Assembly (NCBI RefSeq): GCF_026210795.1
Contig: NC_089430.1
Coordinates: forward strand, 744,001-808,000
Direction: 5' to 3'
Source of the DNA: Rhizophagus irregularis
Lineage: Eukaryota
Length of the DNA stretch: 64,000 nt
Under the pieces are notes generated by a model. The model worked only from the letters and a program-made list of their open reading frames with translations. It did no database searches and had not been told where the DNA came from. The position numbers and the translations under genes are program-made. Positions 1 to 11,720 of the stretch are shown in pieces; position 1 is the first letter of the stretch; every line of letters begins with the position of its first letter.

Positions 1-2292
1 TGAATATTTTGATAATATAACAAGTATGAAATATTCAGGTATTTATAAAAAATCTTACCTTATTACTCATTCAATCTACTTATATAAACTAATATTTAAT
101 AAATATTTTTATGTAATGACAGAATGTTTGGATTGTGAAGTTAAAGATTGAAATAGAAATGTGTCATTTTATGTTCTTGGATTTTTGATGTGGTAGTCAC
201 TTAGCACAATTATATAGTTTCTGTTTAACACGCACTGATTATGTGAACTTCTTTTTTTCATAAATAAAATCAATTTGTGATATGTTTATTAAAAATTATC
301 ACCGATGAATTTTTAGTCAGTATAAACGTAGTAAATTCTAATTTTAAATGTGGAAATACTATTCGTAAAAAATCCAGATACCATGAAGAATAAAAGTATG
401 AAGCATAAAGCATATAAAGTATATAAAATTACCATTAAGGACTAGGCCATGATTGGGCGAAATTCTTGGTTAATATGATTTTCTAGTTAAAATTGAAAAA
501 ATTGAACTATATACAAATAAGTCATTTTGGTATTCTGCAATGGTCGCCCATGATCAGTTACCAGTCAGTCATAACTGGTAGTTAAGAACCTTTAACCAAT
601 TACTGATCACTTTAGTTGACCATTTAACCGACCGTTTGACAACAAACTCTATAAATAATTTGAATTTGTGTAATATAGAAACGCGTGATATGTCCGTGCC
701 TGATCTATTCCATAATTATTATAATTATTATGGCCTGTCTGGTCATGTATACATTCTGATCCAGTTCCGGTTAATGAAATTTTGATTGGATATTATTTAT
801 AATACTAACAATAATTTATTTATTTCTTTTTTTTTTTGATCAGCATGTTTTTTTTTTTAAACCGAATTCCTTTTTTTTTGTATTATTAATATTTTTTATT
901 TTTTATTTTTTTTTTCAAACCCGACTTATTTTATTTATTTTTTTTTTCTTCAGTTTTTTTTTTATTTTTGGTTTTTTTCAATGCCAATAATAATTTTTTT
1001 CGATCAGGTTTTTGTTTTTTCAGTCACCGAATATAAATTTTTTAAAATTATTTTCTATTTATTTTCAATACTGGAAAATAATTTTTTTAATTTTTTATTT
1101 CAGTCTTTTTCAAATACCGAAAATAATTTTTTTTTAATTGGTTTTTTTTTATTTTTTTGATTTAAGCTGAAAAATTTAATTTTTTTTAATTTTAACTGAT
1201 CTTTTTCTTTTAATTATCGCAATATCAAATATATAATATTTAGTACAGTGGCTATCAAAAAATTAAGTTTGAATTGTGTAATGTGTAGTATGCTGCGTCA
1301 AATCTACTAATAGATCGGTAGAGAATGCCAATAATTTCTTCTATATCAACATGAGATCTTTTCTGGTGTTTTTAAGTTTCTTTATTGGGTTCTAGAAGTA
1401 CTATGTGGGTTAGACTTTCAATAGTATTAAAGAAATGTAGTAACATTCTTTTTTTTTTGTTTTTAGACTACTCATCACTGGAACATTCTATAGACTTGAA
1501 CGAACCTGCACTTAGGTACTGTATATAGAGGGATGTTGGGTATAGCAATAATATACTGCCATATTTAAATTTTTTTATGTAAATTTCATATGATGTATAC
1601 TGACATTTTTACTAAAATTAAACAATTTTGGAGCAATAGAAGCAACGGATGGCTGCCAGTAATTAACTAAAGTTAATTATTTTTTATTTTGTTTGATATT
1701 TTGGGATTGTCTCAGTTTATAATAGGTATTTGGCGTTTATTTTTTAAAAAACAATCAAAATAAATTAATTAAAATTTCTTTTTTTATTCTCGGGCTTTAA
1801 ACAAATGAAATCAGTTTATCTTTGAACTTAAATGACTAAGCATCAATTGTAATTTTGCTTAATATAACGATTTTATTACGAGCAAATTTTTAATAAATAA
1901 AAACTCGCTCTTGATTACTTACTTCTCTTTATTCTTTAGCAGTAGCAATGCAATAGCATCATCTTTATCATCTTTTAAATTAAATTATTTTGACGCGCTT
2001 TTTTGATTTTGTCTAGAGTGTTTTATATATTTTAATAACTAATCCATCTTTAAATTCGTTATATTTGTTATATTTGTAGTATTTTATATGTTTCTTTGAT
2101 AGTTTTTAATTTTTATCTATCTGGAGTATTTAATGAACTCGTTTTTTATTAATTAATTTTGCGTAATACTTGAAGAAAAAAATGAAGGTAAAAAGTTTTG
2201 AACTAAAAAATGGAACAAAAAGTAAGAAAAAATTGCGAGTAAAAATAATATGCTGGAAATTAGATAACTACAATTTATTTCGAGAGAAGAAA

Positions 2293-2557
2293 CCCTGTAA
2301 AAAAAAAATGTCCGGAAATTGTAGCTAAAAACATCCGGAAAATGTCCGTGTGTCCGGAAAACGTCCAGAAAATTGCAATATTCCGGACACTTTCTGGACG
2401 CTGGGTCTGAACCCTCCTAGACATTTTCTGGACATTTTCCGGAAAATGGAAATTTTCCAACGTCCGGAATATTGCAATATTCCGGACATATTCCAGACAA
2501 ATAAACATTTTCCGGACGTTTTCAGCTACAATTTCCGGACATTCTTTTTTTATAGGG
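2293..2557. mobile_element. Palindromic MITE with CCCTGTAAAAAA...TTTTTTATAGGG termini (CMC/EnSpm-like, tentative)
   Basis: Long TIRs (CCCTGTAAAAAAAAAATGTCCGGAAATTGTAGCT... / ...AGCTACAATTTCCGGACATTCTTTTTTTATAGGG), internal TCCGGA repeats and AAA on both flanks (possible 2-3 bp TSD). This explains the mirror-image ORFs on both strands. Confidence 0.85.
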
Positions 2558-2599
2558 AAATTTTATTGGAAACTTAATTCAGAATATAATAATAATAAT

Positions 2600-3675
2600 A
2601 AGATGAATGAAAATTATAGAACAAATCCTAATAATAGATTTGTACAAACAAGACATGATCTAATTGTAATAAATATACTGTAGCAAAAGAGTGTTGGCAC
2701 AACAATAATAGGCTTCAAAGAGGTGCAAACACAAGTAAATTAATTTGCTGTACGTGCGAAAATTCTCTGGAAGTATCACAGTTAAATGTTCAAGAAGCAC
2801 GAATAGCTGATCACACATGGCGCAACGGCTCTTATGTTCTTGTGTACACCCTCCAAACGCGTATAATAAGCAGTGGTTAATTGCATCCGTATGTGATACT
2901 GTGCCATCTTCATTTACAATAAGCTCATTTTCGAAACCTCATTTTAGATGATGGCGTAATTTTTCAAGTTCATTTACTAGTGAATTCTTGAGTTTTTGAG
3001 ATTTTTATTTTTTTTAAAAAAAATAAAAATTAGAAAATAATATTTATTTCCAATTTTTTATAAATAATAAATTCAAACAAAATTTTGTTACATAATATTC
3101 TCATTGTATACCTGTGATTCCTTTTCTACATGTAATCGTACCAAACTAATTAACGTATTAAACACTCCATAATAATATTCACCGCAAATATTACATGGCC
3201 CACCCAAATCTTTTCGATACACATATTGACCACTTGCCAAATGTACCATAAAAGAGGTCCTCATTATTCCATCAGGATATCCTCAAATTTTTGCCATAGA
3301 GTTTCTTTATCTTTTAGATGTAGTAACAGTAGGTTAGTTTCAGATCAACATGATAAGAGCTCATCGTGACATTTTTTTGTCAGAGAAATCAATTCTCTAT
3401 CTTTTATTTCGGAGATAAAATTTAAAACTGATTTGCACTAATTAAATCGTTTGAAGTCAAAAAAGAAATTGTAGTAAGTTTATTTCATTTATGAAATAAC
3501 AAACGACATCATATTCAAACTTACTTGCAATTTTTATTGTATTTCTCTAAATCCAAACTTTTGTGTTATAATAGAAAGAATTCGTTGCTTTCCATCTAAT
3601 CTGCATTTATTAACTTTGATCGCTTCTTTGATTGTTTTCTTTTATAAATTCGACTTCATTATTATAAACACCATT
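2600..3675 (-). pseudogene. Degenerate Cys/His-rich hypothetical gene, probably transposon-associated
   Basis: Minus-strand peptide fragments DGKQRILSII, LKDKETLWQKFE/YPDGIMRTSFMVHLASGQYVYRKDLGGPCNICG and GFENELIVNEDGTVSHTDAINHCLLYAFGGCTQEH, interrupted by stops and frameshifts. Confidence 0.5.
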
Positions 3676-3954
3676 TAGCAAATTCTTACTAAATAAGTAT
3701 GGAAGTGTGGTACTGTCACTACTGGAATTCACCGCGCACGTCCAAAATTCAGGCTATATAAAAGTAAATTTTTTTTTTTTAGTAAAAATCTGATTCAATT
3801 TTTAACTACGTGATTATATCAGATCGAATTTTATGAAATTTTAGTATAAATGGCTAATTACAAAAAAACTTACCTTCGATTTTTGCTTTTTATAAGGCGT
3901 TAAATTCGTACAACCCACGCTTTTCATCATCTTCCTCCAAGCACGTAACTCCCA

Positions 3955-5280
3955 GTTCTGACCTACACTGACTATGAACAAAAAAAGTAAAAAATAAACT
4001 CAACCAAACGCGGCCCATTTCGAGCTCTCACGTAATGGTTGTGATTCTTAGATAGTTCATAATAAAGTAAAAAAACCATTAACAATAAACATACCAAAAG
4101 TGAATACAAATTTCTTAATCAGCACGGCAGATCACTGACTCTGACCTACACTGACTATGAACAAAAAAAGTAAAAAATAAACTCAACCAAACGCGGCCCA
4201 TTTTGAGCTCTCACGTAATGGTTGTGATTCTTTAGATAGTTCATAATAAAATAAAAAACCATTGACACTAAACATACCAGATCACCAGTTCTGACCTATA
4301 CCGACTTTGAACGAAAAAAAGCAAAAATAAACTCAACCAAACGCGGCCCATTTCGAGCTCTCACGTTATGGTTGTGATTCTTTAGATAGTTCATAACAAA
4401 GTAAAAACCCATTAACAATAAACATACCAAAAGTGAATACAAATTTCTTAATCAGCACGGCAGATCACCGGTTCTGACCTACACCTACTATGAACAAAAA
4501 AAAGTAAAAAATAAACTCAACCAAACGCGGCCCATTTTGAGCTCTCACGTAATGGTTGTGATAATTCATAACAAAGTAAAAACAATTAACACTAAACATA
4601 CCAGATCACCGGTTCTGACCTACACCGATTATGAACGAAAAAAAGTAAAAATAAACTCAACCAAACGCGGCCCATTTTGAGCTCTCACGTTATGGTTGTG
4701 ATTCTTTAGATAGTTCATAATAAAGTAAAAAACCATTAACACTAAACATACCAAAGTGAATACAAATTTCTTAATCAGCACAGCAGATCACCGGTTCTTG
4801 ACCTACACCGACTATGAACAAAAAAAAGTAAAGAACAAACTCAACCAAACGCGGCCCATTTCGAGCTCTCACGTAATGGTTGTGATTCTTAGATAGTTCA
4901 TAATAAAGTAAAAAAACCATTAACAATAAACATACCAAAAGTGAATACAAATTTCTTAATCAGCACGGCAGATCACTGACTCTGACCTACACTGACTATG
5001 AATAAAAAAAGTAAAAAACTCAACCAAACGCGGCCCATTTCGAGCTCTCACGTAATGGTTGTGGTTCTTTAGATAGTTCATAACAAAGCAAAAAACCATT
5101 AACACTAAACATACCAGATCACCGGTTCTGACCTACACTATGAACAAAAAAAGTAAAAAATAAACTCAACCAAACGCGGCCCATTTCGAGCTCTCACGTT
5201 ATGGTTGTGATTCTTTAGGTGATTCATAATAAAGTAAAAATCATTAACACTAAACATATCAAAAGTGAATACAAATCTCC
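3955..5280. repeat. Tandem array of 8 units of ~141-184 bp
   Basis: Unit core CTGACCTACAC...AAACTCAACCAAACGCGGCCCATTTCGAGCTCTCACGTAATGGTTGTGATTC recurs at ~3957, 4140, 4290, 4473, 4614, 4797, 4981 and 5127. Long and short units differ by an optional AAAGTGAATACAAATTTCTTAATCAGCACGGC module. Confidence 0.95.
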
Positions 5281-5414
5281 ACTTTTAAAGATTAACCTTG
5301 GGGTGGGTTCCCGTATGATGGGACCTGGTCATCTATTTGCAACCCTTTAAAGCCGTCTGGCCAACACGGTGTGCAGTCAAAGATTATGGCCAGTGGGTCG
5401 GAGGCAATGTTATT

Positions 5415-5690
5415 ATCCGTAAAAGCCTTTTGTTGTTCGTATGGACCATCCCGTCAACTTTTTTTTTGTTAGAGAGTTTAGTTTTATCCATAAAAGACTT
5501 TAATTGTTCGTATGGACTGTCCCGACACCTTTTTTGTTATTAGAGTTTAGTTTTATCCATAAAAGACTTTTATTGTTCGTATGGACTGGCCCCGTCATCC
5601 TTTTTTTTGTTGGAGAGTTTAGTTTTATTCATAAAAGCTTTTTTGTTGTTCGTATGAACAGTCCCATCATCTTTTTTTGTTAGAAGAGCG
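5415..5690. repeat. ~70-bp tandem repeat, about 4 copies
   Basis: Repeated CATAAAAG(A/C)CTTTT..GTTCGTATGGAC...CCCGTCA.CTTTTTTTGTTAGAGAGTTTAGTTTTAT. Confidence 0.85.
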
Positions 5691-6505
5691 GAACAGAGTT
5701 TTTTTATTAGGTAGTAGCTTTTTTGTTAGGAAGATGTCCCCTTTTTATATTATTTTCTTATCCCGTGATATAAGTCTATCAACCATGACGTCATCTTTAC
5801 TATAATTTTAAATGGCCGAGCTATCATATGACTAAAAAGGTATTGAAATCATTGCGTCACGACTCACGAGTTTTTTTTTCTTTCAAAAAAAAAAAAAATT
5901 GATAAATTTGTAACCCCAACTTTTGTATAACTTATTCTTAATGAACAGCAAATTTCCATATCGGTTAGACTATTTGCCTTAAAATACAGCGGAGAGTCAA
6001 ACCTAGAAATACAAATATGCATGATCGCATGATCAATTTAATCAATATTAGCAAAATTTTAATGTAAGAAAGTTTATCATCTGAAAATAGATGATAATTA
6101 CACAGCCTCAAAAAAAAAATAAAATAAAATAAAATTCCGACCAAAAAAATCTTTTCATCTAATCAAATTATTCTAACCATGATAAATATGGAATAGATCA
6201 GGCGTAAAGGTATCACGTGTTTCCTTAAGGCTATTTATAATTTTATACAGAGCAAGCGATGACATTACATGCAAATATTATATTAATAATATGTAACTTA
6301 CCTACAATAATTTTATAAATTAATAATTTTGTTAGTTTAAATTAGCAGTCACCCGTTACTTCGCACTGACATCAATGGTTTTAAACCATTTAATAAAGTA
6401 TGCACAAATAAATTACATTCATGATAAGAAAAATCATAATATCTATGAAGAATTTAAAATATATAAATATAAATTGAATTTCTTAACCATTTAATAATTG
6501 TAATA

Positions 6506-7670
6506 ATTGTTGACAATAAACTTTTACCAAAATTATCACAAAATTTGCTTGAAATCTTTAAATGATGAAGATATTATGATATTACAATTGAAGTTGACAA
6601 TGTCCCTGACGTAAAATATTTCGTGCTCATATGATTATTTTAAATTATCGTTCCCCTTATTTACGAAGAAGTTTTATCAACAAATAAAAAGAGGAATGAT
6701 GAAACTTTGGCGCACCAAATATTTCACCTGAAATTTTTAATGTGGTTAATGTGGTTTTAAGGTAAAAAAAATATATATATATAAAATAAATATTTATAAT
6801 TATTATACTTTATTATTCAAAAGTGTTTATTTTAGATATATTTATGGAGGGAAATTATCTTTGGGAGAATATGAGGTTTAGGATATCATCGAAATCTTGG
6901 TCACTGCTAATGAACTTGGCCTTCAAGAATTATTTCCTTATTTAAAAACCTTTTTAATTAAAAGAAAATTTGATCGAATGGAACAAAACTTTGATTTGAT
7001 ATATCGAACGAGTTTTGAAAATAATTCTTTTACATCTTCAAAATACTGTACTAATTTAATCACTAATCAATTGAATGAATTACAAGTCTGGGAACATGTG
7101 ATTATATGGGGACTTGCTCAAAATCGGGGACTTCCATCTGACATTGAAAACTATTCAAAAGATGATTTCAATGAAATATCAGAACCTGGGATAGGATCAT
7201 CAATAAGACCAAAAAATATTGATTCTACAATCATTATATTTCAACATGTTGAATTAATCTCAAAATGGATTGATAGATTAGAGAACACGGACAAGATATG
7301 AATTTAAATTAATTTCTCGTGGATTTCGTGACGGATGTACGGTTAAAAAATTCCATGAAATTTGTGATAACAAAGCCCGCACTGTTACATTTATTAAAGT
7401 TAAAGACGGTGATAAAATTTTGGGAGGATATAATCCGATTGAATGGAAATCTAATAATCTTTATGGTATTACTAAAGATGGTTTTATATTTCTTTTAGAA
7501 ATAATGATTATATTTTAAGTCGCATAATAAATGAAAGGAGCGCTACACGTAACTGTTGGAATTACGGTCCATCATTTGGAAATGGTGATTTGTGATTATA
7601 TGGGTTAAATATTAGTTGCACAAAATAGAAGTTTTATTATAGAAGTTGAGTTTCAAATTGTATAGAATTA
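6506..7670 (+). pseudogene. BTB/POZ-(BACK)-TLDc domain protein pseudogene
   Basis: Fragments VDNKLLPKLSQNLLEIL, YYDITIEV, FRAHMIILNYRSPYLRR, YIYGGKLSL, ANELGLQEL, VWEHVIIWGLAQN and the TLDc motif RDGCTVKKFHEICDNKARTVTFIKVKDGDKILGGYNPIEW. Multiple frameshifts and stops. Confidence 0.85.
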
Positions 7671-7769
7671 ACGAAAAATTCATAATATTTAATTTTATAG
7701 TTTCTTTTTTCATATTAGATTGAAATATTTTATTTTTTGTAATTTCAAAGGATAAATTTTATTGATTAA

Positions 7770-9095
7770 AATACTTGCTATAATCTTTTATATAGTATCG
7801 TTTAGCCATTCCATTATTATGGGAAGACACATTTTCAATTAAAAAACTTAAAAATTATCATTTCATTGAAATTTATTTACAATATTTAGAAGAAAAGGTA
7901 AAGAAAAATTACAAGATTATGGTATTAATAAAAATTTATTTCCTTTAAATACATTATTCAATTATCTTAGTTTCATTAAACATTTAAATACACAGAATGT
8001 TATTACAATTATTAAACTGTGAGTTAGAAATTCATCAATTAGAGAAATTGGAAAGCAATCAAATCAAACTTACATTACAGAATATAATCTTTTAAATTTA
8101 TATATGAATCATTATTTAAGATATTTATTGAAAGAGAAACAAATTTGAATATTTTTGACATTTTTATCTTATCAAATGATGATTGTGATTATTTTAATAT
8201 TGTTTTTAAATTAATTTTACAAAATCAAAGTTTCATTTATAATATCAAAAATTTAAATTTCAACATTTATCCAACACGCATAAATATAACAACAATTATC
8301 CTTTATTTAAAATCAATTAATATAATGTCGTTATGATCAATATTTTAATATAATTCATTTACCACATGTATCTAATTCCAGAAACTTAAATTATTTATTT
8401 ACTTCATTCAAAAATTCTAATATTTTGAATACTTTAAAAATAATTACTTTTCGTAATATTAGTTTTAATGACATTTTTGCTTTTAATAAAATATTTGAAC
8501 AATTAAATTTTAGAATCTACTCATATTATTGATTGTGACTCTTTAAATTCTTTTATTCAACGAATTCTTAATATTACCAAACCTTTTAAATTAAAAACTT
8601 TATTTATGAATAATGAGTTACTGAATATTGATTTATTACAAAAATCTGGTAAGTATTTAGAAAATGTTAGTTTTGGGAAATATTGGTCAAATCTTAATCA
8701 TCTTGCAATTCATTAAATTCATCAGATAAGTGATATATTGAAATTAGCTTAATTGTATTACAAAATTTAGGACAAATCCTACCTTAAATTAGAATATTTA
8801 GATTTAAATCTTATAATTGAAAATGCAAGTGATTTTGAAATATTTTTAAAAATTCTCTCAAAATACTTTTATTAATAGATTATGTATTAGAATTATTATT
8901 ATTCGTGAAGGCGGGAATGATATTTTACATTATATAAAGGTTAAGTTAAATATTTGGGTTTTAAGGTGAATAATAATGATTTATTCGTCTTAAAAGATAT
9001 ATAAAGTAAAAGAATTTAAATTATATAATATTAAGGTTCAAATTTATTCTTCTTTAAGTACTGAATTTGTTTATACTTTTAAAAAAATGTATTAG
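7770..9095 (+). pseudogene. Degenerate F-box/LRR-like gene of a Glomeromycota-type family
   Basis: Fragments RLAIPLLWEDTFS and NTLFNYLSFIKHLNT followed by Leu-rich segments; many frameshifts. Confidence 0.6.
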
Positions 9096-11259
9096 TAACT
9101 AATGTATTCATTATAAAAATCATATATATTTTCTTTCTACAGATTATAATAAAATGCCCATTGACGTGACGTCGTGCCATCGCCAAATTGGCAATTAAAA
9201 GAAAAAAAAGCTTGACAGAACAATATCTTCCACTGAATTCCTAATATTGATTAATCGAAAATTGGTTCGTTTAATAATGCGTGCGAAGTTATAAAATGTA
9301 CATAATTTTATTCCAAAAAAAAACTTACTAATTGACGAGAAAATTATTGCTGTTTCCATAAAATTATTAACTTGTTCAATAATAATTCTAGTAAATAATT
9401 TCTGTATACAGTATTTATTATCCATAAGACTATAACAACTGACATTGGTTAATGATTCCGTTATACTATTTCTGAACTCGTTTTCACATTGCAACTTTTT
9501 AATTTTTCCATGTCCTTTTATGTCATATTTTATGCTTTTAATGTTTCTTGACTTGGAATTTTGATTGAAAAATATATAAATTTTAACGTTTTTTATATTT
9601 TTTAAAATAAATATTTACGTATTTAAATTTTTGAACACCATAAAAAATAATTCATATATAAAGAATTTTATTTGACAATTTTATAACGAAAATATTATTC
9701 TAAACATAAAAAAATAACTGAGTAGGATAGTAGAATATTTAAGTTTATATAATTATCATCAAATTTAATAATAATAATAAAAATACTAACTATAATATCA
9801 GTACAATGATTTTTGTTCACCTAAAATTTCATTTATACAAATTTTTTACCCAATTTTATTGAAGCAAAATACTAATAAGATTACTTCTTACAATCTAATT
9901 TTGATTACATTGACATTATTGTAGAAAATTGACTATTTTGTCTATTAACAAGAGGTCATGTTCACGGGAAGTCTATAGAAGATTTTAATTAAAAGTTATT
10001 GTAAAAAATGACTTATTATTGCGTAACTAAAAAATTTATTTGACGTTTAGAATACCTCCATATAGATAATTTGTATAGCAGAAAAATTTATAATTTAGTT
10101 GCCATGTAAACATTCCGATGGCCAATTCATGTGGCTAATCCGATTCCAGTTAATAAAATTTTGATATTTTTATAGGTAATAAGTAAAATAGTGCTATACG
10201 TTGATATGAGCTCAGTACGAACGCCTTTATATTTTGATAGTACATACGTTTACATAAATTATACTAGTACTGTACTAAAAATACTTTTGTACAACTTTGG
10301 CAGTTCATCTTGGAATTTTTTTACGAAACTTTTCTCTCATCCTATTTCTTCCTAATAATTTTTTTTTCATAATTATTCTTCCAACGAACAGTTTTTACCA
10401 CTATGATAAAATTTTTTAATATATACAGTCAGGGATCATGTTACAACTAAATTTTTGTATCCGGATCAGTTTCTACTAACTGTGTTTTGAACCAAATACT
10501 ATAGTTATTTCTTTGAAAATTTGGAAAAAGATCCTTTTAATTTCACGAAAAAATCACAGTTTAATGTTTTGGAAAGAGTTTCTTGTTCCCTTAAGAAAAT
10601 ATTGATTAAAACGAAAATTGAGATAACTTCCCTAATTTTACATATCTAAATAATTTATTTTCGTTGCTTATTTCATTTTTTTAAAAAAAAACACTTTCAA
10701 GAATTTATTATTTCTCTTAAATAAATAATACTGATAACTATTAGATGCTAATATTTGACGGAAGTCACAGAACCTATATAAACATTATGCATAATAAATT
10801 TGAAAATTTGATTAGGTCCAAAGCTTTAAACTATTTAAAAAATTTTTATATAAAATAGTACTTTTTATTTTTTTTATAGAGAATAGATGTTTTTTTTACA
10901 GTGAAGATTTTCAATTTTTATTATTTTTTCGTTTATATTTACAGTTTCAGTTTTATTTTATTGTATAGTCTTTTTTTGTAATATTTTTTTAGAATTTTAT
11001 TTGCATATATAAAAATTTAAGTCAACACATTTACGATTTTAAAGAAAAAAATCACTGTATTTATTTTTAATGAAGTAATACAAATAAAAAAAAACAATAA
11101 CAATGAATAAAAAAGATAAGTAAATTACAATGATCAAGGAGAAAGATGCTAATAAAAATGAAGCAACAATGGAGTAATGGAAAATAATAGAAGATGAAAG
11201 GGAGTAAAAAATAGTAATGAGAAGTGATAAGAAGCAAAAAGGAGAAATAGGGCATGATG

Positions 11260-11720
11260 AGAGATGAAAAGTAGTGATGGGAGAAGAGGAGTGATGGGAG
11301 GTAAAAAGGAGTGATGGGAGACGAAGAGGAGTGATGGGAGACGAAAAGGAGTGATGGGAGACGAAAAGGAGTGATGGGAGACGAAAAGGAGTGATGAGAG
11401 ACGAAAAGGAGTGATGAGAGACGAAAACAAGTGATGGGAGATGATGAGGAGTGATGGGAATGATGGGAGACGAAAAGAAGTGATGGGAGATGAAAAGAAG
11501 TGATGGGAGACGAAAAGAAGTGATGGAAGATGAAGAGGAGCGATGGGTGAAGAAGTGATGGGAGATGAGGAGTGATGGGAGAGGAAAAGGAGTGATGAGA
11601 AACGAAAAGAAGTGATGGGAGACGAAAAGGAGCGATGGGAGACGAAAGAAGTGATGAGAAGATGAAGAGGAGTGATGGGAGACGAAAAGGAGTGATGAGA
11701 GACAAAAAGAAATGATGGGA
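11260..11720. repeat. Purine-rich ~20-bp minisatellite (GAGTGATGGGAGACGAAAAG)n
   Basis: About 20 or more degenerate tandem copies with almost no C on the plus strand. Confidence 0.95.

Noticed and set aside
1246..1521. Possible Tc1/mariner MITE (TA|CAGT...ACTG|TA)
   Set aside because: The inverted match barely extends beyond 4-9 bp, so it is not supportable.
2275..2577. Mirror ORFs of 77 and 75 aa on opposite strands
   Set aside because: By-products of a palindromic MITE.
3955..5280. CRISPR-like or rDNA-spacer interpretation of the tandem array
   Set aside because: No unique spacers, no cas genes and no rRNA sequence nearby.
9195..9494. 99-aa minus-strand ORF
   Set aside because: Non-ATG start and no motif I can recognise; may be a gene fragment but cannot be assigned.
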